Program-made: the position numbers and the translations under genes
In this document: positions 31,969 through 41,079 of the stretch, in pieces
Layout of the letters: each line of letters starts with the position of its first letter
Numbering within the stretch: position 1 is the stretch's first letter
Assembly (NCBI GenBank): GCA_028699255.1
Contig: JAQVUX010000001.1
Location: forward strand, 1-58,083
DNA length: 58,083 nt
Direction of reading: 5' to 3'
From: Candidatus Omnitrophota bacterium
GTDB lineage: Bacteria; Omnitrophota; Gorgyraeia; 2-01-FULL-45-10
Notes under the pieces: model-generated
What the model was told of the DNA's origin: nothing
What the model saw: the letters and a program-made list of their open reading frames with translations, nothing else
Databases searched by the model: none

Positions 31969-32039
31969 TATATTAGGAGAATAAAATACTACCTATATAT
32001 ACGAGATGAGATGTGAGTGCGCTTTAAGCGGAGGAAATT

Positions 32040-34199
32040 ATGAAAACGCTGAGAATGGCAAGTATAATAGGTTTCATTATACTAACGATAGCGCTTACGA
32101 TGTCGCTCATAGGATGGAACATAAGTAGCTCATTCGCTGAGGATGGCATTGAGCGTAGCTACCGATCGACTTCCTATGTATTTGGGCCATCTTATGTGAA
32201 TGTGTTTATGCAGAGATCTGAGGCGTTGCGCAATAAAGCACAACAGCAACCGAAATCGCTTCTCAGCCGCCTAATTGAGGTAGTCAAGAATAAATTAACT
32301 AAAGATGTAAAAGAGAGTACTGTTAAAACTCCTGCTAAGCCAAAACTTCAAATGAAGCAAAGCGCTCGAAACTCCATAGCGAGAACCGCCAGCACAATTA
32401 CAACGCCCATGTCACCAGATGGCTTGGTTACTGGCATATCTAATCTTGGGAGTGGCAACTATGAGATTACTCTCAAGAGCGGCGCAAGAGAAATAGTAAA
32501 TTTTGAGGATTATACCAACAAATATAATGCTCTATGGCAGGCATCATATGACACTAATTTTTTCACTTTGTGGGATTCTGCCGTAGCGAAGGAGTATAGC
32601 TCCGGACAGGCATATCAGAATGCCCTGAATCTTCTGCTTAGTGGATATAAGATAGAAGATGTGGGCTCTGTTGCCGTGCAAAGTACCGTAGAGCATATTG
32701 AAACGTATTCATTGGGATGGTCTATCGATGGTACGGAGCAAATAATTGTAGAATATGTGGAAAATACCCCCGGGATTTATGAGTATATGAACAGTAAATA
32801 TACCTCTGGCGATTATTCGCCAGTAGCTGTTTATGATTCAGACGATCCATTGAGTTCAAACATAATCGGATATAATATAGTTCTTACTCAAACTATCTCT
32901 TCCGAGAAATTTGCCACCAGAACAACGTATGAGACGATAACGCAATATGAATCGCAGTATAAATGGGTAGCGTGGGGTGAGTGGACGGAAACGGTATGGG
33001 ATTCTTCCGTGCAAGAAGCGCACTGGGATGAGGCATCGCAGTCATTTCAATATAGCAATGGAGCTTACGTAACTACTACAGTGACCGGATGGGACTATTC
33101 TACGGCCGTCACGCGCATTGGGGATGAGCATGCCGCTTTTCTGGAGACGATTTATTCTGTGGCAAGGGTAAATGCCGCCAATGATACCACTGATTATGCC
33201 GCCAACTACGCGTATGAATATATAAATAATCAGGCGTTTACTGCTACTCAGGAGCATTATTCTTATGTAATTAATAATGAATGGGCGAACGATTATGCCG
33301 CACTTCATAGCACATTCGAAGTGCGGGAGGCGGAGCAACTTACCGAGGGTATACCGTATAATACCGCCGCGGTTCTGAGCGATGGAACGGTAATAGGATT
33401 TGGATATTACCTTTTATCCAATTCCAATGATACGTTTTATAATCAAAGTGCTAGCACTTTAAATGCTAAAGATGCTAGTCTTCTTTTTACGATGAATCTT
33501 TTTGGACAAAATGCACTTTCTCTTGATGGTGTGTCCAAAGAGCCGTCTTCTGAAAACTTCATAGGTACCGATATGTTTGTTCTTATGGATGGGAATATAG
33601 GAACGGTCCTCGCAGATATTGTTAAAAATCCTGATGCGACGCAAAGAGAGGTACTGATCTCAATTAGCGGGTTTTTAGAGGAAATAAACGGGGCCCAAAT
33701 GGCAGGGGTAGATAGCGCTGAGATTGAACAGGCGAAGCAGGATCTTATAAATGCAGTTGCCGATCTGCTTATGGCGCAGGCGGTTCCGGATCTTTTAAAT
33801 AGCGGGGATATAGCCAGTGTTAAAGCGATATTCTCGGATTTAAACAGCGCAAAAGAGAAAATGGTGTCAGAGTTTATGTCCGCGGCAAAACCTTATTATG
33901 ATAATATCGTTAGAGATATGGAAAAGAGCATAGAGATATTAAAATCTAATAATGTCCTTAACCCAAATATGACCAGGGAAGATCTTAAGAAACTGCCCCC
34001 CTGTGATTTGGAGAAGATACTTGATAAGATGAGAAAGACGGAAAAGCGTATTTTTGAAGCAGAATATATACTGCAACAGGAAGTAAAATACCGCAATGCA
34101 TATATTGAGCCTAATAAACAACGTCTTGAAGAAGAAATGAAGAGTATGATGAACGATTTCACAGGCAAGATTAACGGCATGTTGAAGAATACTAAATAG
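32040..34199 (+). CDS. Large orphan secreted or membrane-anchored protein (719 aa). Y/W/N/T-rich central region and a C-terminal coiled coil.
   Basis: Uninterrupted 2.16-kb ORF with an N-terminal signal-anchor (IIGFIILTIALTMSLIGW). No motif I recognise. Markedly lower GC than its neighbours. Confidence 0.75.
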   Translation: MKTLRMASIIGFIILTIALTMSLIGWNISSSFAEDGIERSYRSTSYVFGPSYVNVFMQRSEALRNKAQQQPKSLLSRLIEVVKNKLTKDVKESTVKTPAKPKLQMKQSARNSIARTASTITTPMSPDGLVTGISNLGSGNYEITLKSGAREIVNFEDYTNKYNALWQASYDTNFFTLWDSAVAKEYSSGQAYQNALNLLLSGYKIEDVGSVAVQSTVEHIETYSLGWSIDGTEQIIVEYVENTPGIYEYMNSKYTSGDYSPVAVYDSDDPLSSNIIGYNIVLTQTISSEKFATRTTYETITQYESQYKWVAWGEWTETVWDSSVQEAHWDEASQSFQYSNGAYVTTTVTGWDYSTAVTRIGDEHAAFLETIYSVARVNAANDTTDYAANYAYEYINNQAFTATQEHYSYVINNEWANDYAALHSTFEVREAEQLTEGIPYNTAAVLSDGTVIGFGYYLLSNSNDTFYNQSASTLNAKDASLLFTMNLFGQNALSLDGVSKEPSSENFIGTDMFVLMDGNIGTVLADIVKNPDATQREVLISISGFLEEINGAQMAGVDSAEIEQAKQDLINAVADLLMAQAVPDLLNSGDIASVKAIFSDLNSAKEKMVSEFMSAAKPYYDNIVRDMEKSIEILKSNNVLNPNMTREDLKKLPPCDLEKILDKMRKTEKRIFEAEYILQQEVKYRNAYIEPNKQRLEEEMKSMMNDFTGKINGMLKNTK

Positions 34200-34281
34200 T
34201 TATATCCCGCCAAAGAATAGAGTTGAATTAACCTCAAAATGATGTATCATATGAATAAATACTAAAGGGAGGGCTGTAAGT

Positions 34282-34860
34282 ATGCCAAAGTCGATTAAAG
34301 GAAGTCAGACGGAAAAGAATCTGCTCGCGTCGTTTGCCGGAGAGTCACAGGCGAGAAACCGGTATACGTACTTCGCCAGTGCCGCCAGGAAAGAGGGGTT
34401 TGAACAGATAGCTAATATTTTCGAAGAAACCGCCGGTAATGAAAAAGAGCACGCGAAAGTGTTTTTTAAATATCTTGAGGGCGGGGAAGTGGAAATAACG
34501 GCGGCCTATCCCGCCGGAAAGATAGCGGATACTAAATCTAATCTGGAATCGGCCGCGGCCGGTGAAAAGCTGGAGTGGTCGAAGCTTTACGCTGATTTTG
34601 CCAGGGTCGCTGCGGGTGAAGGTTTTTCCGACGTAGCGCATTCTTTCGAAGAGATTGCGAAGGTTGAGATGTTTCATGAGGCGCGCTACAGGAAACTCAT
34701 TCAGAATATAGAGAAGAAAGAGGTATTTAAAAAGAAAGCGGCAGTCAAGTGGCACTGTATAAATTGCGGATATATATTCGAAGGCGCAGAAGCGCCGGCC
34801 GAATGCCCCGCATGCAAGCATCCACGCGCGTTCTATGAACTTCTCGCCGGGAATTATTAA
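34282..34860 (+). CDS. rbr: Rubrerythrin
   Basis: Ferritin-like di-iron motifs (E..A...Y, E.EH x2) plus a C-terminal rubredoxin-type CxxC...CxxC (CINCG...CPAC). Confidence 0.93.
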   Translation: MPKSIKGSQTEKNLLASFAGESQARNRYTYFASAARKEGFEQIANIFEETAGNEKEHAKVFFKYLEGGEVEITAAYPAGKIADTKSNLESAAAGEKLEWSKLYADFARVAAGEGFSDVAHSFEEIAKVEMFHEARYRKLIQNIEKKEVFKKKAAVKWHCINCGYIFEGAEAPAECPACKHPRAFYELLAGNY

Positions 34861-34867
34861 AAATAGG

Positions 34868-35830
34868 ATGGCATTTAGACCGGAAGAGGTACTGCTGTCG
34901 CCTACCCAGCGCTGTAATCTCGCGTGCGTACATTGCCATGCCACAAAGGGTGAGCAGGCGCTATCTTTAGGGTTTACGAAAAAGTTTTTGCTCGACAGTA
35001 AGAAGCGCGGTATAGATCGGATGGGCTTCACCGGCGGGGAACCATTTCTCGCCGGTGATTTTTTATGTAAGATTATCGAATTCGCCGTCAAGGAAGGCTT
35101 TGTTTTCGACAGGATAACCACCAACGGCGTGTGGTATAAAAACCGCTCACAATTAAAAGAGGCGCTCGGCAGATTGTCGCGTGCCGGATACGACGGCTCG
35201 ATCTGCGTAAGCGTCGACGCTTATCATCGGCAGGATATCAACAAGCTGTCGCATTTTATTAAAACTGCTCAGGAAATGTGGTCTCGCCCGGACATGGTGT
35301 CGATCGTATATGTTACAGGACGGGACGCGGAGACGAAAAGTAAGCTGAATAAACTCGCCCGGCTTCTCGGCGCGCGTCTTCATGGTTTCGGCGGCAGTCA
35401 TCCGCATATAAAATCCGCCAGGATTTTTATATCGATAGGCCGAATCGAGCTTTCGCCGGTAGGGCGCGCCGGCCGGTTAAAAGATCCATGGGATGGGAAA
35501 TGGTTTAAGGAGGATTTCTGTAAAGGCCCCGGCAACGTATTCTTTGTTGAGTCGGATGGATCGGTAAAGCCGTGCTGTGGCTATGCTTCGGATTTGGATA
35601 TTTTTACCGTAGGAAACATAAAGACGGATACGGTTCGCGGTATGCTTAAAAATATTCGCAAAAACCGCGTCCTGTATGCTATATTTAAACTTGGCTTAAG
35701 TCGCATCAGAAATCGACTTATAGAACTCGGTTTTGTATTCCCGGGCAAAACAAGTAATCACTGCTTTTTCTGCCGCTATATTCTGACGGAAGCGCCGGGA
35801 GCGACGCTTGTTGCGGCGCTGAAAGGATGA
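34868..35830 (+). CDS. Radical SAM enzyme with a SPASM/twitch-like C-terminal Cys motif; function unknown
   Basis: CNLACVHC (CX3CX2C) near the N-terminus and GGEP. C-terminal C-x13-G-x4-C(C) then C-x2-C (CKGPGNVFFVESDGSVKPCC ... HCFFC). The start could instead be ATG 34835, overlapping rbr. Confidence 0.8.
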   Translation: MAFRPEEVLLSPTQRCNLACVHCHATKGEQALSLGFTKKFLLDSKKRGIDRMGFTGGEPFLAGDFLCKIIEFAVKEGFVFDRITTNGVWYKNRSQLKEALGRLSRAGYDGSICVSVDAYHRQDINKLSHFIKTAQEMWSRPDMVSIVYVTGRDAETKSKLNKLARLLGARLHGFGGSHPHIKSARIFISIGRIELSPVGRAGRLKDPWDGKWFKEDFCKGPGNVFFVESDGSVKPCCGYASDLDIFTVGNIKTDTVRGMLKNIRKNRVLYAIFKLGLSRIRNRLIELGFVFPGKTSNHCFFCRYILTEAPGATLVAALKG

Positions 35831-35834
35831 CGAT

Positions 35835-36206
35835 ATGAACGCTGTGAAGATCGCATTTTTGGCAGGCGCGATAATTTTCAGTACGATTTTAGCGTCAGCT
35901 TACGATACCGACGGGATGGATGACGCATCATCTCCTGAGTCGGGCATGGAAGTCCGTAAGGTCGGAGAAGGGGTGAATGTCCTCCTGCCGCAGGGCGCGC
36001 GGATGCAGAGGCGCAACAATTCCACGTCCGTCGAAGAGAGCTCCGATCAATATGCCGCGCGCAATTTTACGCGGATCAATGAGCGTTTAAAAAATCTTGA
36101 AGACGAGAATAAGATACTTACAGAAGAGATAAAATATCTACGATCAAAGCTTACCTTAGTGGAAAAGAGCGCGGATAATGATACTGTCAATCCTCCGACC
36201 GAATAA
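35835..36206 (+). CDS. Small exported hypothetical protein with a C-terminal coiled coil
   Basis: ORF track. Signal peptide (AFLAGAIIFSTILASA) and a heptad-like LKNLEDENKILTEEIKYLRSKL. Confidence 0.55.
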   Translation: MNAVKIAFLAGAIIFSTILASAYDTDGMDDASSPESGMEVRKVGEGVNVLLPQGARMQRRNNSTSVEESSDQYAARNFTRINERLKNLEDENKILTEEIKYLRSKLTLVEKSADNDTVNPPTE

Positions 36207-36948
36207 AATCGCCGCGTTTATCGCAAGCCTTCTAATACTAAGTCCATTGCCTGTTTTTTCAGCATCCCGGGAGGCTCTGAAGAAATCCCCGGCTTACGAG
36301 GCTATCCCGGCAAAAGTGGTCGCGAGGATACTTTTGCCGGAAGGGTATCACGAAGGGCTTTTTTCCGACGGCGGCAATATATGGGTTGCTAACGGCGAAA
36401 AAGGCAAAGTCTGGGTTATCGATACCGAGTCGGGCAGGAGGGTATTCGACATAGAATCGATCGCGGGATTTACCGAAGCCATATCCCGCAAATCAGAAGA
36501 TCTGCTTTTTGTTACCGATTGGGATGAGAAGAAATTGTACAAAGCGCGATTAGAGAACGATAAGCTGAAACCGGAGGCCTGGGTTTCGCTTTCACCGGCG
36601 CACCCGGCAGGCGTGGTATGGAACGGCGAAAAATTATTCGTAATAACCTGGACGAGAGGGATGGGCACTAAGTTCGATCTTTTAGAGATGGACGGCGGAA
36701 TGAAGCTTCTCAATGTCATGTCCATTCAGGATATTCAGGAACCGGCGCACATGGCGTGGGACGGTAAATATTTATGGATAACGAGCTGGTACGATCCATT
36801 GGTGTACAAAATCGATATGAAAAAGCGGGAGATAATCGGGGCTTTTCGGTCGCCGGTGTCACGGACGACAGGAATATCGTGGGACGGAAAAAACTTGTGG
36901 CTGACCGGCACATATAGCGATCTGTATAAGATGGAGATAGCCAGGTGA
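36178..36948 (+). CDS. Exported beta-propeller repeat protein, glutamine-cyclotransferase-like (tentative)
   Basis: Signal peptide, then repeated W(D/N)G(K/E)xL(W/F)(V/I/L)T blades (VWNGEKLFVITW, AWDGKYLWITSW, SWDGKNLWLTG). The family call rests on resemblance only. Confidence 0.55.
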   Translation: MILSILRPNKIAAFIASLLILSPLPVFSASREALKKSPAYEAIPAKVVARILLPEGYHEGLFSDGGNIWVANGEKGKVWVIDTESGRRVFDIESIAGFTEAISRKSEDLLFVTDWDEKKLYKARLENDKLKPEAWVSLSPAHPAGVVWNGEKLFVITWTRGMGTKFDLLEMDGGMKLLNVMSIQDIQEPAHMAWDGKYLWITSWYDPLVYKIDMKKREIIGAFRSPVSRTTGISWDGKNLWLTGTYSDLYKMEIAR

Positions 36949-37002
36949 GGATGGAAGCGGTTATTCCGGCACTGGCGGCGCTCATGCTTGTTTTTGGGTG
37001 GG

Positions 37003-37083
37003 ATAACCGCGTAGGTTATTCGAGTGAAATTACTGGCCAACCTACGCGGTTGACACAGGAGTCTACGCGGTTGATACAGGAGG
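37003..37083. repeat. REP-like palindromic element, copy 2, with a tandemly duplicated right arm
   Basis: Arms at 37005-37017 and 37039-37051. 21-nt direct repeat ctacgcggttga(c/t)acagga at 37042-37062 and 37063-37083. Confidence 0.85.
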
Positions 37084-37088
37084 TGCGT

Positions 37089-37550
37089 ATGAATATTGTC
37101 GTTGCGAACGGCGCTTTTAAGGACGGAGAGATGATACCGGCGAAATATACATGTGACGGTAGCGAGCTGTCGCCCGCGATCGAGTGGTCGGGCGTCCCGT
37201 CGCAGGCAAAGAGCATCGCGCTTATAAGCGATGATCCGGATGCGCCCCGGGGGACGTGGGTTCATTGGGTGATATTTAATATACCGCCGCGATTGACGGG
37301 ATTACCCGAAGGCGTACCACATAAAGAGGTTCTTGAAAACGGTGCCGCGCAAGGGATAAATGACTCGAATGAGGTAGGTTACGGCTCTCCGTGCCCTCCA
37401 TCAGGCGTGCACAGGTATTACTTTAAGCTTTACGCGCTCGATACACTGCTCGCGTTAAAACCCCGCGCTACCAAAGCGGAGCTCGAAAATGCTATGACCG
37501 GCCACATAATAGCCCAGGCTCAAGCGATGGGGCGATATAAGAGATATTGA
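37089..37550 (+). CDS. YbhB/YbcL (PEBP/RKIP) family protein
   Basis: Start at ATG 37089 (aggagg 5 nt upstream). Motifs DDPDAP....W.HW and G.GY.GPCPP.G.HRY.F.LYALD. Confidence 0.88.
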   Translation: MNIVVANGAFKDGEMIPAKYTCDGSELSPAIEWSGVPSQAKSIALISDDPDAPRGTWVHWVIFNIPPRLTGLPEGVPHKEVLENGAAQGINDSNEVGYGSPCPPSGVHRYYFKLYALDTLLALKPRATKAELENAMTGHIIAQAQAMGRYKRY

Positions 37551-37583
37551 CATAACCTATTATCTATAATAAAATTATATACT

Positions 37584-38591
37584 ATGCCTGATAATAAAAA
37601 TATAGCTGTTATCGGTGACGGTGGGTGGGGTACTACGCTTGCCGTACTGCTGGCTAAAAAGGGTTGCGCTGTAACGGTTTGGGGCGCGTTTCCGGAGCAG
37701 ATAGAGGTTGTCAAGTCAACCGGTGAAAACGCGAAGTTCCTGCCCGGAATAAAGATACCGCGCAATGTCAGGTTCACCTCATCGATGAGCGAGGCTTTGT
37801 CCGGCAAAGAGCTGGTCGTACTGGCCGCGCCGTCGCAGTTTACCCGCGGGGTGCTCGCGATACTGAAGATGGAGGAGCTCGGCGGGAAGAGGTTTATAAG
37901 CGTTACCAAGGGCATCGAGAATAATACTTTACTGCGGATCTCGGAAGTGATCTGCGAGGTGCTGGGCCCGCGGCCTTTTACAGCGCTCTCCGGGCCGACG
38001 ATAGCTCTCGAGGTCGCGAACGGCGCTCCGACGACGGTTGTAGCGGCCTCGCCCGACATGGCGCTGGCGAAAGAGGCTCAGGATGTGTTCATGACCGAGA
38101 GTTTCCGCGTATATACGAGTGACGACGTGACAGGCGTTGAGCTCGGCGGTTCTCTTAAAAATATAATAGCGATAGCGGCGGGCGCCAGCGACGCTCTGGG
38201 TTTCGGCGCGAACGCGAAGGCGGCGCTTTTGACCAGAGGACTCGCGGAGATCGTCCGGCTGGGTGTCGCGATGGGCGCGAAGAAAGAGACATTCTATGGC
38301 CTGAGCGGCCTTGGAGATCTCGCCACTACCTGCATAAGCCCGCATTCCAGGAACAGGTGGCTCGGTGAAGAGATCGGTAAAGGTAAAAAACTGAAAGATA
38401 TTTTGAATGAGACGGCTATGGTGGTGGAGGGTGTGGCCACCGCGAAATCCGCGCGCGACCTTTCGATCAAGCATAAAGTAGAGATGCCGATAACTTTGGA
38501 AATATACAGGGTTCTTTATGAGAACAAAGACCCGAGAAAGGCGGTTCGCGATCTAATGACGCGCTCGCCTAAAGTGGAAGACGGGAATTAG
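37584..38591 (+). CDS. gpsA: NAD(P)H-dependent glycerol-3-phosphate dehydrogenase
   Basis: GGWGT(T)LA Rossmann start, KGIE and G.LKN..A.A.G motifs. Confidence 0.94.
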   Translation: MPDNKNIAVIGDGGWGTTLAVLLAKKGCAVTVWGAFPEQIEVVKSTGENAKFLPGIKIPRNVRFTSSMSEALSGKELVVLAAPSQFTRGVLAILKMEELGGKRFISVTKGIENNTLLRISEVICEVLGPRPFTALSGPTIALEVANGAPTTVVAASPDMALAKEAQDVFMTESFRVYTSDDVTGVELGGSLKNIIAIAAGASDALGFGANAKAALLTRGLAEIVRLGVAMGAKKETFYGLSGLGDLATTCISPHSRNRWLGEEIGKGKKLKDILNETAMVVEGVATAKSARDLSIKHKVEMPITLEIYRVLYENKDPRKAVRDLMTRSPKVEDGN

Positions 38592-38612
38592 TTTGATTTA
38601 AAATATTTTTAT

Positions 38613-38690
38613 CGGGGGGTGGCTCAGTCCGGCTAGAGCACTTGCTTGGGGTGCAAGGGGTCGAGAGTTCAAATCTCTTCCCCCCGACCA
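38613..38690 (+). tRNA. tRNA-Pro (anticodon GGG), CCA encoded
   Basis: Cloverleaf by eye: acceptor cgggggg/ccccccg, anticodon stem cttgc/gcaag with loop ttGGGgt, T-arm ggtcgagagttcaaatctcttcc, terminal acca. Confidence 0.9.
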
Positions 38691-38721
38691 TTCTATTTTT
38701 TTGAACTATAAGAGGTATTAG

Positions 38722-40011
38722 ATGCGAAAAATAAAAGTAGGCATAATCGGTTTCGGAACCATAGGCGCAGGCGTGGCCGGCGCGCTCATTTCAAGGCGTA
38801 AGCTTTTGAAAGAGAAGAGCGGGCTTGATATTACAGTCGCCATGATTTGCGACAAAGACCTTAAGCGTAAGCGTCCTGTCAAAGTTTCGCGGAGCATATT
38901 AACCAAGTCCGTCGGGAAAATATTGTACGATCCCAGGATCGACATAGTCGTCGAGCTCATGGGCGGTATAGTTCCCGCAAAGGACATCGTTCTCGAGGCG
39001 TTGCGGCAGGGTAAGCACGTCGTTACCGCCAATAAGGCGCTCCTGTCGGATTCCGGGCCCGAGATATTCACTCTCGCAAATACCCTGGGACTTTCCGTAG
39101 GATTTGAGGCGAGCGTCGGCGGCGGCATTCCTATTATCCGCGCGTTGAAAGAAGGATTTATCGCGAACAGGATAGATCTTATTTACGGCATTATAAATGG
39201 GACGAGCAATTTCATACTTTCGAAGATGATGGACGAAGGGATAAGTTTCGACGCCGCGCTCTCCGCGGCCCAGGCAAAAGGATACGCCGAGCGCGATCCG
39301 CGGCTCGACATAACCGGCGGCGACTCCGCGCACAAGCTATCGGTGCTGGCATTGTTGGGATTCGGCCTGGCGGTTAAACCGGACGGCATATATACCGAGG
39401 GCATAGGCGATATCGAACCGAGTGACCTGCAGTTCGCCAAGGAATACGGTTATGCGGTAAAATTATTGGCTATCGCGAAGAGGGACGGCAAGTCCGCGGA
39501 ACTGCGGGTGCATCCTACGCTTATATCGCAGAAGCATCTTCTCGCGGGCGTAAATGGTGTCTATAACGCGATATTTGTTAAAGGCGATCTGGTCGGTGAG
39601 AATCTTTTCTACGGCCAGGGAGCGGGTAGTCTGCCCACTTCAAGCGCGGTTGTCAGCGACATAGTGGCTATCGCGAAGAGTATGTCGGATGATTATAAAT
39701 CGTCGGACAGCGTTCCATTCCGGAAAGATGTTTCCGGCGTCAAAAAGATGGACGAGGTCAGGACGAAATATTACATAAGGTTCTCGGCTATGGACAGGCC
39801 CGGCGTGTTGGCAAAAATATCAGGCGTGCTGGCCAAATACGATATCAGCATCGCGAGCGTGACACAACTTCAACGAAAGTCTGCGAGCGTAGTGCCGATA
39901 ATCATGATGACACACGAAGCCCTCGAGCGCAATATGCGAAAAGCCCTTAAAGAGATAGATGCGATGAGCGTCATAAAGAAAAAATCCGTCAGGATAAGGA
40001 TAGAGGGATAG
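38722..40011 (+). CDS. hom: Homoserine dehydrogenase
   Basis: G.G.VG N-terminal Rossmann fold, a central NAD_binding/Homoserine_dh core (ANK.L, GG.PII, I.GI.NGT.N(F)IL), and a C-terminal ACT domain. Confidence 0.94.
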   Translation: MRKIKVGIIGFGTIGAGVAGALISRRKLLKEKSGLDITVAMICDKDLKRKRPVKVSRSILTKSVGKILYDPRIDIVVELMGGIVPAKDIVLEALRQGKHVVTANKALLSDSGPEIFTLANTLGLSVGFEASVGGGIPIIRALKEGFIANRIDLIYGIINGTSNFILSKMMDEGISFDAALSAAQAKGYAERDPRLDITGGDSAHKLSVLALLGFGLAVKPDGIYTEGIGDIEPSDLQFAKEYGYAVKLLAIAKRDGKSAELRVHPTLISQKHLLAGVNGVYNAIFVKGDLVGENLFYGQGAGSLPTSSAVVSDIVAIAKSMSDDYKSSDSVPFRKDVSGVKKMDEVRTKYYIRFSAMDRPGVLAKISGVLAKYDISIASVTQLQRKSASVVPIIMMTHEALERNMRKALKEIDAMSVIKKKSVRIRIEG

Positions 40012-40018
40012 AGTCGAT

Positions 40019-41077
40019 ATGTGGAAAGGGATAATAGATAAATACAGGAAGTTTCTTCCGGTAAGCGATAAAACTCCGGTCGTTACTTTAAGCGAAGGTA
40101 ATACTCCGCTCATTTATGCCTGTCATGTAAGTTCGCTTATAGGTAAAGGGATCGAGGTCTATCTTAAATATGAAGGCCTTAACCCGACGGGTTCGTTCAA
40201 AGACCGGGGCATGACGCTCGCGGTTTCGAAGGCCGCGGAAGAGGGGTCGAAGGCGGTTATCTGCGCTTCGACCGGCAATACTTCGGCATCGGCGGCGGCT
40301 TACTCCGCGAGGGCCGGTATAAGATCGGCGGTATTGATACCGGAAGGCGCCATCGCTCTGGGCAAACTTTCCCAGGCGCTCATTCATGGGGCGAAGGTCA
40401 TAGCGATAAAAGGCAACTTCGACGACGCTTTGGAGCTCGTAAGAGAAGTCGCCTCTAAGTACCCGATAACTTTGGTCAATTCATTGAATCCGTACAGGAT
40501 AGAAGGGCAGAAGACCGGCTCTTTCGAGATCTGCGACGCGCTGGGCGAGGCCCCGGAGTTTCACGCTATCCCGGTGGGCAATGCCGGTAACATCACCGCG
40601 TACTGGAAAGGTTATAAAGAATATAAATCAGCAGGTTTAAGCAAGACTCTCCCGAAGATGCTCGGTTTTCAGGCCGCCGGCTCCGCACCGATAGTGCTCG
40701 GCCATCCGGTCAAAAATCCGGTTACGATAGCGACCGCGATAAAGATCGGCAATCCCGCAAGCTGGAAACAGGCCGAAGCCGCGCGGGACGAATCCGGCGG
40801 CCTTATCGATATGGTTACCGACGAGGAGATACTCTCAGCGTATAAACTTCTCACCACGAAGGAAGGTGTTTTTGTCGAGCCGGCGAGCGCGGCGAGTGTC
40901 GCGGGGATTTTGAAGCTCGCTAAAACCGGATATTTTAAGAACACCGGACGGGCAAAAATCGTTTGCGTCCTGACCGGCCATGGCTTGAAAGACCCGGACA
41001 GGGCCATAGCGAGTGTCGAGAAACCGGTTGTATTGGAACCGAAGATCGGATTGGTATTGAAGGAGATAGGATTCTGA
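40019..41077 (+). CDS. thrC: Threonine synthase
   Basis: LSEGNTPL, the PLP lysine motif [10 protein letters not shown], and ASTGNTSAS. Confidence 0.95.
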   Translation: MWKGIIDKYRKFLPVSDKTPVVTLSEGNTPLIYACHVSSLIGKGIEVYLKYEGLNPTGSFKDRGMTLAVSKAAEEGSKAVICASTGNTSASAAAYSARAGIRSAVLIPEGAIALGKLSQALIHGAKVIAIKGNFDDALELVREVASKYPITLVNSLNPYRIEGQKTGSFEICDALGEAPEFHAIPVGNAGNITAYWKGYKEYKSAGLSKTLPKMLGFQAAGSAPIVLGHPVKNPVTIATAIKIGNPASWKQAEAARDESGGLIDMVTDEEILSAYKLLTTKEGVFVEPASAASVAGILKLAKTGYFKNTGRAKIVCVLTGHGLKDPDRAIASVEKPVVLEPKIGLVLKEIGF

Positions 41078-41079
41078 AG

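Noticed and set aside
34201-34213. The 13-mer TATATCCCGCCAA directly after the orphan gene stop is identical to the left half of the 5S rRNA terminator stem (2301-2313) but lacks the right half. This could be a remnant terminator marking an island junction.
   Set aside because: By my estimate, tens of 13-mer coincidences are expected among all position pairs in a 58-kb window. A single half-site match cannot support a recombination scar.
36945-37088. N-terminal extension of the PEBP ORF, including an apparent signal-like segment
   Set aside because: It is encoded by the REP-like element. A strong AGGAGG-spaced ATG at 37089 gives a standard-length YbhB-like protein.
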